Assembly: GCA_009914755.4 (NCBI GenBank)
Contig: CP086569.2
Span: 15,264,001 to 15,328,000, forward strand
Reading direction: 5' to 3'
From: the human T2T-CHM13v2.0 reference genome, Homo sapiens
DNA: 64,000 bases
Numbering within the stretch: the stretch's first letter is position 1; each line of letters starts with the position of its first letter. The position numbers were made by a program, and so were the translations under genes. The notes below the pieces were generated by a model. The model was given only the letters and a program-made list of their open reading frames with translations, had not been told where the DNA came from and searched no databases. This document shows positions 12,150 through 24,214 of the stretch, piece after piece.

Positions 12150-12455
12150 TTTTGTTTCTTTGTTTTTGGTACAGGGTCTTGCTCTGTCACCTAGGCTGAA
12201 GAGCAGTGGTACAAAATATAGCTCACTCCAGCCTCAAACTTCTGGGCTCAAGCAATCCTCCTGCCTCAGCCTCCTGAGTAACTAGGACTACAGGTACATG
12301 ACACAATGCCTGGCTATTCTCAAAAAAAATTTATAGAGATGAATCTTTCTATGTTCTTCAGGTGGGTCTCACTATGTTGTCCAGACTACAAGTCATCCTC
12401 CTGACTCAGCCTCCCAAAGTGCGGGGATTACAGGTATGAGCCACCAAACCTAGCC
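12150..12455 (-). mobile_element. Alu SINE
   Basis: T-rich start, ggtacagggtcttgctctgtcacctaggctgaagagcagtgg...cctcccaaagtgcggggattacaggtatgagccaccaaacctagcc. Confidence 0.9.
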
Positions 12456-12839
12456 AAGGGAGGGGAATTTTTTTTTTTTTTTTTTGAGATGTGGTGAAAA
12501 TTTACAATCAGTAGAGTTTTAGTAAAGCACATTGCCCTCCATAACATGGGTGGGCCCCATCCAGCCAGTCGAAGTTCTTAAGCATAAAGACCAATGTTTT
12601 CCAAAGAAGGAAGAATTCAGCATCCAGACTAACATAAAAATTCAGCCTGGGTTTCCAGCAGTTAGACTCAAGGCTGTGTTATACACTATTTTCCCGGTCT
12701 CCAGCCAGCCAGTCTGTTCTACACATTGTTGCCAGCCTCTGGCCCAATCAAATAAACCTTTCTCCCTCTCTGTCTCTCCTCTCTCTCTGCATATATAGAT
12801 TGGTACAAAACTAATTAAAATTTTTGTCATTAAAAGTAA

Positions 12840-13130
12840 TTTTGCACCAATTTAATACATGCATCTGTGTGTATATATGTATACCTACATATACATATAT
12901 GTATATGCATATGTATATGTTAGTATATGTATATATGTGTATGTATGTACACATGTGTATATACACAGATGTGGGTGTGTGTATTATGTGTTTATATGTA
13001 GTGTGTGTGTGTGTATGTATATATATATATATATATATACCTGTATTTGTGTGTATTTAAATATATATATATATATACCTGTATTTGTGTGTATTTATAT
13101 ATATATATATATATCTCCTTTGTGTTACAA
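12840..13130. repeat. Compound (TG)n/(TA)n/(CATA)n microsatellite with a 48-bp tandem duplication
   Basis: tgtgtgtatatatgtat...; the unit atatatatatatatatacctgtatttgtgtgtattta occurs twice (about 13018-13058 and 13066-13106). Confidence 0.9.
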
Positions 13131-14832
13131 TCAAATGATACTTAGTTATTGTTAAATGATAATTAAATTATTATTGACTATAGTCACCCTGTTGTGCTAT
13201 CAGGTACTAAATCTTATTCATTTTTTCTGCTATTTTTTGTACCTGTTAATCATCCCAACTTCCCCTTCACCACCACCCCCACTACCCTTCCCAGTTTTTG
13301 GTAAGCATCATTCCACACTCTATTCCCATGAATTCCATTGTTTTAATGTTTAGCTCCTTTAATAATGTTAATTCTGCTGGGTCACTTTGTGTGTTAGTAG
13401 GGAACAGAGAGATACAGACAGAGAAAATAAACAGAGAAAGAGAGAGAGATAAGAGACAGAGATAAAGAGACAAATGGAAACAGCTGTTTTTTGTATATGA
13501 AGCATATATTTCTCATCATCTCTAGATGAAGAATTGTACATATGGTAACTTTCCAGAGTGGTTTTGTTGTGCACTGTCTTAGGTAACCTAGGACTACACA
13601 TTACAATATACTCTTCAGTCTCTGTTTCAGAGCCATTGCATTACTCAGACTTTAAAGCTTTCACAGACATTGCTGCCTTTTATTCTTATAATATTTCTCT
13701 AAGGTCAAACTAGGTGATATTTTTATTACCACTATCATCACTTTCTTGTTGTCTCATTTATATATGAGAATGCTGATAGGAACAAAACCAGAATTTGGTC
13801 TTTTCACACTGCCTGCTTATCTCTTTTTATTACACTGTGCTGGTAGTATTATGAGGTTCCTATGTGCATTCAATTTTGTAGCATATTGTCTGATACATAG
13901 TATCCAGAATAAACAGCATTAATAGTAACAATTAACAGTTCACATTAAAATGCCACTCACATTTAGTTTAAAAAAGTGGATATATATAAAAATAAGAAAA
14001 CCTAATTTAGTGGATTATCAATGTTCATACAGATCTCACATGAAACTGGACAAATACATTAATCCAGCAGCTAAAAATGCAAGTTTCCATATGTGTTCTT
14101 TTCCTAGAAATGTATGTATTGTTTAAGTCATTGTGCCATTTTGCATGTATACTCTTCTTGGCAAGTTTAGAGTTACAATATGTTTAAAGACGGACATGAA
14201 TCTTTGATAATTGCGTTCTCTCAACTGTAAGGCAGGTTTCTCCACAATCCCTTGAGTAACGCAAAACTACATTTTCAAGCAGAGTGGAACTAAAGTTCCC
14301 ACTACCCATCACCCTCTTTATAAAGGCATTAGGCTAATACCTTAATAAGGACTCTGTAAATAGCATTAAAGAACCACTTAAGATTTTTCCTTGAGAGCGT
14401 TGAGTTCTGTGTCACTGAAACATTTTGCTAGTAATTATTTGAGGGAAATTATCAACCGAGCAGAACAGAAGTGAAATTCTTGAAGCTACAAAATGTTTTT
14501 AATTTACTCTAGAAAAGAGTCCATTCACAAACTTGGAGGTCTCTTTTGCAATCTTTCAGTGGCATTGTCCTTACTGAACAAATGTTCTGACTCATTTTAA
14601 AATTATCTTTGATACAGTGGCTGTAATATCACCCCCTCTTCAGAGTTCTTCAGAAGATCCTTTGAAACTCTTTTTGAATTTAAATATACATTTACAATGT
14701 CATGGTTGTAAGGCAGAGTGCTGCAACCCTTCTTTTTGTTTCTCAAGAGCCAGGTAATGTTTTAGAATTTTCACTCTGTATACACAATAAGCAATACAGA
14801 GAAAATTATGTAGGTATATATACAACTGGTTA

Positions 14833-15310
14833 TTTTTTTTTTTTCAACTTTTAAGTTCAGGGATACACGTGCAGATTTCTTACATAGGAAAATGTGTGTC
14901 ATGGGGGTTTGCTGTGCAGATTATTTCATCACTCAGGTATTCCCATTAGTTATTTTTCCTGATGCTCTCACTTTTCCCACCCTCCATCCTCTGATATGCC
15001 CCAGTGTGTGTTGTTCCCCTCTATATGTCCATGAGTTCTCATCATTTAGCTCCCACTTATGAGAGAGAACATGCAGCATTTGGATTTCTGTTCTTGCATT
15101 AGTTTGCAAACGATAATGGCCTCCAGCTCTATCTATATCCCTGCAAAAAACATGAGCTCATTCTTTTTTATGGCTTTATAGTTTTTCATGGTGTATATGT
15201 ACCACATTTTCTTCATGCAGTCTGTAATTAATGTGCATTTAGGTTGATTCAATGTCATTACTTGTGAATAGTGCTGCAATGAATATAAGAACCATTCTTA
15301 ACACACCAGT
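14833..15310 (-). mobile_element. Older L1 3' end fragment
   Basis: Poly-T, then caacttttaagttcagggatacacgtgcag... and the reverse complement of the L1 3' UTR/ORF2 end (…tttatggctttatagtttttcatggtgtatatgtaccacattttcttcat…). Confidence 0.8.
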
Positions 15311-16420
15311 AATTAAAAAACTGTACCAAAGAGGCAAACATGGCAGCTGGTCAGATTTAGTTCACTGATAAGATTTAGTTCACTGTCCTCTGTCTGAATG
15401 TATCAAAATGGTCTAATTTATGAGTAGTGATTTTAGTAGTAATAATACTATTAAAAATAATCCAAGTAATTGAAATTTACCTGTTGACTCTTATTAATCA
15501 TTTTACATTCATTACGATATTTGATTCAGGTGAGTCCCTTTGTTTCAACTGTCATTGTAAGTGCCATCCCTATTTGGAGATTTAAGGAGGGGACTAATTT
15601 GATTTAATTCCATAAGAATAGAATGATCTTTTGTCTAAGATGTTCATAAAATGCTTTTTGGGATCAGCTGGCAATGAATGATGGATCAGCAGTTCTGAGC
15701 ACTGTTTTATTGACACTGCCTTCTACAAGACAGGATTTAGAGAAAAACAATAGGCAGTACATAATACCACTTAATCCTCAGAAGGATTTTAGAGGATAAA
15801 AGATGTGTAGGCAAGTTTCCAGTAGGGACTGTGGACTTTTCCCTATTTGCTGTTTTGATCCCAGACTCAGCCACATGTGTTACCTCTCCCAGCACAAATG
15901 CAATTTTCATCACAGACACTTGTCTACTGTTTGCACACTGAAATACAAACAAGCCTAAATTCATCTTGCAAAAATCATTCTTATGTCTAAAGCAATAGAT
16001 ATTTCTACATAAATAGATGTTTACATAGGTTGTACAGGTATGTTGTAGAATGATCTATCCACTCAACCTCATGAATTCCATAGAGAAAAATAATCGACAT
16101 GGTGCCTGCTGTCATCTCAACGAGGCAGCAGAAGATGATAAATCATTACATGCTATGGCAGAATATGCGTGATTAGTTTCTTTGCAATGAAGTAGAACAA
16201 ATCTGAACCCTCAGGTCAGGAAGTCCAGCTCCCTCATGATCTCACTGGTAAAGGATCATCCTGTGGTTATTAACCTCTCTTTTCCCCTTTGCTCCACACT
16301 TAAGAGTTTGAAATTGAACTAGAAGAAATCGAATAGAAAGAGTTTTAAGATTTCAGCCAGATAGAAACCCTTCAACTATTTTCTCTTTCACAACCCTTGC
16401 TTTAAGAATGTAACTGACAC

Positions 16421-16712
16421 AGGGTGCAGTGACTCACACCACTAATCCCAACATTTTGAGAGGCTAAGGCAGGAGGATCGCTTGAGCCAAGGAATTTGAG
16501 ACACACCTGGCCAACAAGGAAAAAACCCATCTATACAAAAAAAAAATTTAAAAATTAGCCAGGCATGTGGCATGCACCTGTAGTATCAGCTACTCAGGAG
16601 GCTGACATGGTGGGATCAGCTGAGCCCCCAGGTTGAGGCTACAGTGAGCCATGATCACATCACTACACTGCAGCCTGTGTAACAGAGTGTGACCCTGTCT
16701 CAAAGGGAAAAA
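16421..16712 (+). mobile_element. Alu SINE
   Basis: gggtgcagtgactcacaccactaatcccaacattttgagaggctaaggcaggagg... Confidence 0.9.
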
Positions 16713-17080
16713 GAGAGGATTTATCTTGGAATCTACTAGATTCGTATGACCCAGCATGTGGCTGCTTGAATACTACCACAACAACTATTCTATGGAATCG
16801 GCCTTGTAACAGTCATGTTTTGTGTTGGGGTCTATTCAAACATGCAGCACCATAAACCTCTCAAAATAAATACTTTAGATAATACTTTCTCTTTTGTTGC
16901 CCCACATTATTTTTGTACAGTGAAGATACATTTATTAGTTTAAAATTAAGGTAATTTAAAAGTTTTTTATTATGTAAAGTACACACAGCCTAAAATGTAC
17001 AACTTTAACAATTTTTAAGTGTTTGCTTCAGTAGTAATTAGGAACACTCACATTGTTATGTAAGCCAATCTCCAGAATTC

Positions 17081-17140
17081 TTTCTTTTTTTTTAACTTTT
17101 ATTTTATGTTCAGGCATACACATGTAGGTCTGTTATTTAG
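17081..17140 (-). mobile_element. Short L1 3'-terminal fragment
   Basis: tttctttttttttaacttttattttatgttcaggcatacacatgtaggtctgtta resembles poly-T plus the reverse complement of the L1 3' end. Confidence 0.5.
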
Positions 17141-17508
17141 TTGATATGGCTTGAATCTGTGTCCCAACCCAAATCTCATCTCCAACTGTAATCACCAGTT
17201 GTGCAGGGAGAGACATGGTGGGAGGTGGTTGGATCTTGAGGGTAGTTTCCCCCATGCTGTTCTTGTGATAGTGAGGAAGTTCTCCCAAGATCTGATGGTT
17301 CAAATGTGACAGTTCCCCTGCTCTCCCTCTCCTTCCTGCCACCTTGTAAAGAAAGCTCCTACTTCCCCTTCACGTTTCATCATGATTGTAAGTTTCCTGA
17401 GGCTTTCTCAGCCATGTGGAATTGAGAGTCAATTAAACCTCTTTCCTTTATAAACTACCCAGTCTCAGGGTGTTCCTTACAGCATGCTAAAAACAAGCTG
17501 ATAAAACA
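17141..17508 (+). mobile_element. MaLR LTR (THE1/MST-like)
   Basis: ttgatatggcttgaatctgtgtcccaacccaaatctcatctccaactgtaatc...ccatgtggaattgagagtcaattaaacctctttcctttataaactacccagtctcagg...agcatgctaaaaacaag. Confidence 0.8.
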
Positions 17509-17511
17509 GAG

Positions 17512-19716
17512 AAACATAATTCCAAAATTTACTACAGTGGAGGCCCCAATAGACTTAATCCAAGTCATGGGATTTAGTCCAGAAAGACTTTCTGCCACCT
17601 GATCTAATGCCTCAACTCCAGGCACAATGAATAAATGAGCCTGAGAGGCTTCAAAAATTTGTTTCTTTAATTTAGTTATGTCCAAGGATAAATTATCTTC
17701 CCTACCCAGAAGGTGTCCTTTGTCCATTTCCCATGAATGATCAGTCTCATTGTAGGAATGTGGTGTGATACAGAAATCAGAAGTATTCCAATCGCACTGC
17801 ATTTGCACGCGATGTTTGAGACTTACTACCCGATCTCCAAGCCAAATAACAGATTGTCTTAGATCATTAATTTGATTAGCTAATTTTTGATCGAAGCCTT
17901 GTTGAGACTCCACATTTGGTTGGAATTGGCTTGCCAATCATTAACAAAATGAGCCGTTTGAATAGATCGGTGTAATGCCAACCCAGCAGTGGTGGCCAGT
18001 GCAGTGACTGTAATTAGGTCCATGATCACAGCGATTAAAGTGAAAACAAATCTCTTAGATCTTTTAAAAATTCGTTGTAACACTTCATTAATTAAATGTA
18101 CTGAGGGGGAAGATTCCCAAGGTCTGGGTAAAGTTACTGGTATCTAGATTTCTTTTTGAGCTTGAACCAATATTACACTTTTCCAGGAGTCAAAACAGAA
18201 GTTAACACAGGTGTGTAAATGACAATTAATGCATGGGACAGTTTGATTGTTCATTCAAATTTTGATATTTCCCACTAACAGCATGTAAGGAGGCTTAACA
18301 CAACTCTGTATAGGAATATACAGGTTGGAGGTAAACAAAGCAGAATGTCTGAATCTACATTGATACTGAGGGAGAAGAGTGGCAGTGGCCATGCCCGATG
18401 TCCTCTGCTGTAAAGAAGCAATCTGAAGTGCCTGGGGATGCCAAAGAAGCAGAAGGGCATACCTAGGTTGAGAAGAATTATCATAAGGCCAATTGGAGTC
18501 CCATAAAGGAGGATTGGCATCACAAAGAGGAAGAGGATTCAAAGGGGATTTATCATGGTGTTCAGAATCACAGATGTGAGGGGCGGTAGTGGGGACAACA
18601 CACAGAAAAGTTTCCCCTTTCTATACTCGCAGTCCAGACATGGCAATCACCATTTTCCAAAATTCTTGGTGTTCTGGGCTCAGAATGGGGAATATCATAT
18701 GAGGCCTTGTGGGGGGTAATGCCCTTATGTTTCCATTTTAAGTGAAAGAATGAGCTGAACCTCCTATGCAAAGTAGGATGATGATCCTCATCCTCCCAAT
18801 AAGAAATAAAATAAGTAGTCTCCAGGCATTCCCTTCCATCAGAGAGGCAATTGTTTTTTAAATAGCCCTTTGGTACCGAGTCTATTACTAAACCATATGA
18901 GTCATTTTTTAATACTATTGCATCTGAGTTAACACAGTCTTCCCAAATTAAAGTTTTAGATGGGCCCTCAAAATTTTTAGGACATGTTTTTCCTACAGGT
19001 TTATATTGAAAGTATGGGGTATCTCCTATTACTCCCCCTTTCATTTGTCTTAAGGGAGACAGGGAGAGGCCAGTGACCAAATGTCTGAATTATCTTGTAG
19101 CTCATATCTTTGGAAGATAAGCAGCCTCCACTTGAGTTTCTGGATAGACACAACCAGGTGCATGTCTGAGGCAAAGAGGAGGGTATTTATAACCCATAGT
19201 AACATTAAATGCAGTGTCTTATTCTCCTGGTTGAGTGAGGCAATGGTCATCTGTGGCTCCAGGCATCCACACACTATAGTTAGTATGGATTTCTGCAGGA
19301 GCATCCATCCAGGTGAGAGGTCGAATGAGTGGAGGAAAAGGCACATAAGCCCAGTAAGAACAATTTTATGCAGCAGGTAAATCAGTTTTAGGGGACACTA
19401 GTGAGACATAAATTACAAGGAGGAAAATTATTAAATAAAACCTATTGTAAGTGAGACCCAGTGCTGAAGGAGGAAGAGAAGAATGGAGGGATGTTATTTT
19501 CAAGCTAATAGAAATGGTGAGATTTTTAAGTTTGTAAGGAGAAAAAGAAAGGTAATTAGGAGAAGTGGGATGAGTTAGAGGGGTCTCTGTTGCTATTACG
19601 GAGGATTGAATCAGACCCATTTTGATTTGGCTTGTCAGTTTCTGAGGAGTTGGCCCAGATCTCACTAGGTATGAGGGCAGTCTCTGATGAGGATGTCTTT
19701 TTCCTGGGGTTTTCAT
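17512..19716 (-). pseudogene. env: Retroviral env (SU+TM), several frameshifts; TM ectodomain and membrane span in a 160-aa open frame
   Basis: [31 protein letters not shown] (furin site plus fusion peptide), [65 protein letters not shown] ORFs at 18568-19080 and 19050-19346. Confidence 0.85.
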
Positions 19717-20117
19717 TGTCAGTATTCACATGAAGTTTAAGTCTTCTAGTGGCACCCAGACAGGGCATTGATGATCTCCTGGTGAAACACAAGCATACCT
19801 TCTTCCCCACTTTATAATTGTTCCAGCTTCCCAGATATTGGTTTGGGAGTTTTTCCATAACACTGGCTTGCCTTCATTTAGGGAGAATTTTTTGCCTATA
19901 TAATGGCATTCAGCTGCAGTCAGAGTATTGTCTTTAGCAACATTTAGAAAATTTAAAGTAAATAATGCTGAATGTAATTGGGAGTGGGGAGTGGTTAAAT
20001 TATGTTTTCATTTTTCAGACATTTTGGAAATTGAGTTTTTAAAGTGTGATTGGCTCATTCCACCACAGCCTGTCCCTGAGGATTGTAAGGGATTCCAGTA
20101 TTATGGGAAATTACACA

Positions 20118-21014
20118 TTATTGCATAAATAAATCAAAAGCCTTACTAATATATCCAGGGGTGTTGCCTGTTTTTATTTGATATGGAAGACCCATAACTG
20201 CAAAGCAAGAATACTTATGTCTTTTAACATGGGCCATGATATAAGGCTGAATTGTACCCTTTTGACCATCAGGGCCAGTGTAAGGCAAGATAAATGTGCT
20301 CTGGTGAACTTCATTAGCTTTTCCAGCACCTACTAGTCTCATGTTGGAGGGATGTTTAAGCCAGGAGAAAGGCCATAAATTAGAAGAAATAATAGAAACA
20401 TTAGCCCTGGTATATACTAGGCCCTCAAACTTTTTTCCTCAAATGTGTATGGTGCAGGTAGGATGTTGCTCAGAAATTACATTAATCCAATAAGTGGCTT
20501 TTTCACCACTGGAGCCCATCCCAGGGCCCCATATATTATCTCCTTTGTTTAAAATGATATTAGGTAATAAAAGTAATTGAGCAATTGACTCACTGGCCAG
20601 AATGGAAACAGGAACCTTGGCAGACACTGTAAGTTTAATCTCATCAGAGGAATCAGTATTAATGAGACCAGTATGAACTGTGATACCTTTAGCAGAGGTG
20701 GATGCCCTAGCTAACACCACCCTCACCAAAACTTGAGGTAAAGGGCCAGTGACCACCATGGGGACAATTAAAGGCAAAGAATTAGGTAGTAAATTTAGAG
20801 GAATGGTACTACAGGGATCGACCGCCCCACCCCCTACTGTGGAGGTAGACGAGCATTGTACTGAGACAGAAGAAGAGGCCGGGACCCATCTGGGTTGGCC
20901 GTAGGTCAATTTGTTTGTGCTGGGGAATGAACTGGGGCCTCTTGAAGTGGAAATGCAACATTGGTCTGAGTCTGAGGTGTCCCATTTGATACTGGGGCCT
21001 GGGACTGGCCCCAC
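20118..21014 (-). pseudogene. pro: Retroviral pro ORF: dUTPase-like domain plus aspartic protease
   Basis: The 191-aa ORF 20439-21014 contains ...AVDPCSTIPLNL...GEIKL-like...SIAQLLLLPNI, betaretroviral dUTPase motifs. ORF 20118-20342 resembles the protease C-terminus. Confidence 0.7.
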
Positions 21015-22966
21015 TTCCTGTTTCCCTGGTTCTGTGGCAGGGGGTTTCCATCTATATCAGACTTAGAGTGACAACTACTTGCCCTGTGTTTACCTTTATG
21101 ACAACGTGGGCAAACAGTAGCAGGAGCATTTGGCCATGTTTTTTGAGCTGGCTTGGCTGCTTTTAAGTTTTTAACAGTGCACTTTTTTTGAGTATAACCA
21201 AGTTGAGCACAATTATAGCAGGCTCCAAGAAACGAATCAGTTGAGCCAGTTTGATTGCTATCCTTCATGGCCCATGCCCACAGAATAGCTTTGTGGGTCT
21301 CCAATCCAATGCCTTCACAAGCTTTAATATATGCAGGCAACACCTCATGATCAGGTAAACTTCATCGTTTTGACGGAACGCATGGCCATTTTACACTCAT
21401 GGTTCACATTCTCAAAAGTTGACATACGAACGACAATATCTTGAGTGCGCTCATCAGAGACAGAATTTGGAACTGCATTGTGTAATTTGGCCAAAAAATC
21501 AGGATAGAATTTATTGTGTCCCTGTTTAACAGTAGTAAAAGAAACAGGAGCTTGGCCTGGGGCGTGTAATTTATCCCAAACTCTCATACACAGCTTTGTT
21601 ACTTGTTCCGTGGTGAGAGCATCAAAGCCTAATTGGGCAGTAGTGTCAGAGTAATTATTGGAGTCTGTGAACTGAGATGGAGCAATTAGAATGCCACCAG
21701 CCCAATTTAGCTGAGTCTGCAGATGAGCCTCTTCTGACCACCAGGTATGGAACTGTAAATGCTGAGATGGAGTTAGAACAGCTTTTGCCAAAAGGCCCCA
21801 GTCTAAAGGAAGCAAAATGATCTCAGTAGAAATAGTCTGTAATACCATTTTAACACATGGAGAAGTAGAACCAAACTGAGTACAAACATCCTTGAATTCT
21901 CTTAAAAAGGTAAGATTAAGCAGTGTATATGGATGCACTTGTATACCTTGAGCATTGGGAGGTTCCAGGGTGACCAGATAAGCCCACGCCTCTAATGCAG
22001 TTGTTTCTTTGTTGTGTCATAATAAGCATTGCATGGAAGTTTCAAGAACAGGCACATGAGACGGAGTCAGCATAGAAGTGACATGAAAAGTATATGTAGA
22101 TAAGGGAAACTGAGGTTAAGGAGGTCAGACTGGTATGAGAGTGTGAGAAAGGGGCATTGGGGGAGCAGAAGAGGCAGGTGCATACTGGTGATTATTGTCC
22201 CAATTCTGTGCAACCAGAGTGGCAGGGGTATCCTTGTGCAAAGAAGGATACAGAGAAGCAGGTTGAGTGGATGGCAAAGTGACCAGTTGAGGCATCAAAA
22301 TGACAGGAGGGTGAGGGGCTGTGGTGGACAGAAGAGGGCCTGTAGAATTGCAGGTAAATTGCAGTTTGGTCCCAGAGTCATTAGGTGGCTCTGGAGACAA
22401 ATCCTGCAAAGGTTTGAAGAGGGAAGAGTTAGCATAGATATGGTCCCAGACTGTTCAAGTCAGGGCTGCAGGAGCTACAAGTATCAGCTCTTTGTGCAAA
22501 GAAATAAGATCATCAGAGTGTGATGTTAAGCCAAAGTCACCGGAGTTAGATATTGAATTCTCAATATCATCAGGTGGGGGAGGAGTAGGTAAAGGGAGAG
22601 GCTGAGCAGATAACGAAGGCCAAGTGGGAGAGAAAAGCTGAGGAAGAGGTAGAGGGTCACCAGATTCAGGAAACTGTGGTAACTGCAGGGTGTCACAGGA
22701 TTAATATGTCACTAGGATGTCACGTACCAAGTCCCAATCACCCCAAACAGTGATGGGAACATAGTTTCCTGTCGGGACCAGTTCCCCAGAATTTTGCACC
22801 AACATGATCCCATAGTTCCACATCTAACATTGCCTTTTCAGGAAACAAGGACAGTGTTCTTCCACTGCCCTGAATAGAGTGACCATATTTTTCATGGGAA
22901 CCTGAACTCCACCTGATTTTAACAGAAGTTTAATATACCAGAGATAAGCATAATGTTTAGATTCTG
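20906..22966 (-). pseudogene. gag: Retroviral gag (MA-CA-NC), frameshifted. Longest intact pieces are CA 21351-21938 (195 aa) and NC 20906-21343 (145 aa).
   Basis: The N-terminus MGHAESKHYAYLWYIKLLLKSGGVQVPMKNMVTLF resembles HERV-K MGQTKSKIKSKYASYLSFIKILLKRGGVKVSTKNLIKLF. CA shows a QGxxE major-homology-like region. NC shows CYNCAQLGYTQKKC and CPRCHKGKHRASSC zinc knuckles. Confidence 0.85.
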
Positions 22967-23111
22967 CATGACCCATAGTTACCCCAGACAATACACAGAC
23001 AACTCACCAATTTTCAGGGAGCAAACAAGCATTTCTGTGGACCAGACTGATGAACGTTTCACCACACCTACCAAAGGGAATCAGGTTCCCACATGCACTT
23101 AGGAAAAAGAA

Positions 23112-23129
23112 AACCACATTGGTGTGCCA
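23112..23129 (-). other. Primer-binding site, tRNA-Lys-like (decayed)
   Basis: The minus-strand tggcacaccaatgtggtt matches Lys1,2 tggcgcccaacgtggggc at 13 of the first 17 positions. The differences are CpG-to-TpG/CpA type. Confidence 0.55.
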
Positions 23130-23131
23130 AA

Positions 23132-24061
23132 TATCAGGGAATCCCACCTCCAATATTTCAATGTAGGTTCTTTCTATTTTCCATAATCAGACTGTGATGT
23201 CCACCTGAGCCACAAATCCATCAAGCTTTTATTAAGGATCTCAAAAGGGGAAGGAGTGTACAAACAGGGAGTAGGTCACATGCTTCAGGGGGCAAAAACC
23301 ACAGCAAAGATCACATGCTTCTGAGGAAACAGGACAAAGGGAAAAAGGCAGAAACTCCTGATAAGGGTCTATGTTCAGCAGTGCATGTATTGTCTTGATA
23401 GACATCTTAACAGAAAGTAGAGTTTGACAGCAGAGAACTGGTGTGACCAAAAATTTACCAGGATGGAGTTTCCCAATCCTAGTAAGCCTGAGGGTACTGC
23501 AGGAGACCAAGGTGTATCTCAGTCCTTATCTCAACCACATAGGACACACATTCCCAGAGCAGCTGTTTATAGAACTTGCCCCAGGAATGCATTTCTTTCC
23601 CAGGGTCTTAATATTAATATTATTTGCTAGGAAAGGAATTTAGTGATATCTTCCCTACTTGCATGTAGGGATTGCATTTATAGGCTCTCTGCAAGAAGAA
23701 AAATATGGCTCTGTTTTGCCCAATCCCACAGGCAGTCAGGCCTTATGGTTGTCTTCCCTTGTTCTCTGAAAATCACTGTTATTCTGTTCTTTTTCAAGGT
23801 GCACTGATTTCATATTGTTCAAACACACATGTTTTACAATCAATTTGTACAGTTAACACAATTATCATAGTGGCCGTGAGGTGACATACATCCTCAGCTT
23901 ACGAAGATAACAGGAGTAAGAGAATAAAATAAGACAGGTGTAAGAAATTATGAAAAAATTATTTGGGAACTGGTAAATGTCCATGAAATCTTTACAATTT
24001 ACGTTTCTCTGCTACAGCTCCAGCAGGTCCCTCTGTTAGGGGTCCCTGACTTCCTGCAACA
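23132..24061 (-). repeat. 5' LTR of the HML provirus (MER11-family-like)
   Basis: The minus-strand LTR starts tgttgcaggaagtcagggacccctaacagagggacctgctggagc...gaagatttcatggacatttaccagttcccaaataa... It has an aataaa near the 3' end and ends just before the PBS. Confidence 0.75.
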
Positions 24062-24214
24062 ACATGGATCAAGATTTTTAGTTTATATGATCCCCATGTT
24101 TCTTGAAGCTACAACATGCAAGTAAAAAATGAACTGATCCTGAGGGAGTGTCAAAACTAGAGCTCATGGAAAAAACACATTTAAAAACCTCCTACAAAGG
24201 AATACCCTCATTAC

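Larger units (their letters stand above)
17512..24061 (-). mobile_element. HERV-K (HML-type betaretrovirus-like, MER11/HERVK11-like) provirus with a large pol deletion and no env tail or 3' LTR: 5' LTR, PBS, gag, pro, IN C-terminal remnant and env through the TM membrane span
   Basis: Minus-strand ORFs align to HERV-K proteins from memory: gag starts MGHAESKHYAYLWYIKLLLKSGGV (revcomp of 22966); CA 21351-21938; NC with two CCHC fingers 20906-21343; dUTPase-like/pro 20439-21014; PR C-terminus 20118-20342; IN C-terminus about 19700-19858; env SU/TM 17512-19716 (fusion peptide, ...[19 protein letters not shown]..., TM span). Only about 260 bp lie between the PR C-terminus and the IN C-terminus, so RT, RNaseH and most of IN are absent. 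Confidence 0.8.

Noticed and set aside
12780-13480. Cys/Tyr/Val-rich ORFs (CVYICIPTYTYMYMHMYML…) and Ser/Leu-rich minus ORFs
   Set aside because: They are translations of the (TG)n/(TA)n/(CATA)n and (GA)n/(CT)n microsatellites.
17455-17511. Apparent continuation of the env TM ORF (…[13 protein letters not shown])
   Set aside because: This C-terminal stretch is read from the adjoining MaLR LTR. Nucleotide similarity to the THE1/MST 3' end continues to about 17508. Only residues up to about …VVNFGI are env-derived.
23132-24061. Search for the target-site duplication of the HML provirus
   Set aside because: It is not determinable. The 3' end of the provirus is missing (truncated at about 17512), so only one flank (24062 onward) exists.
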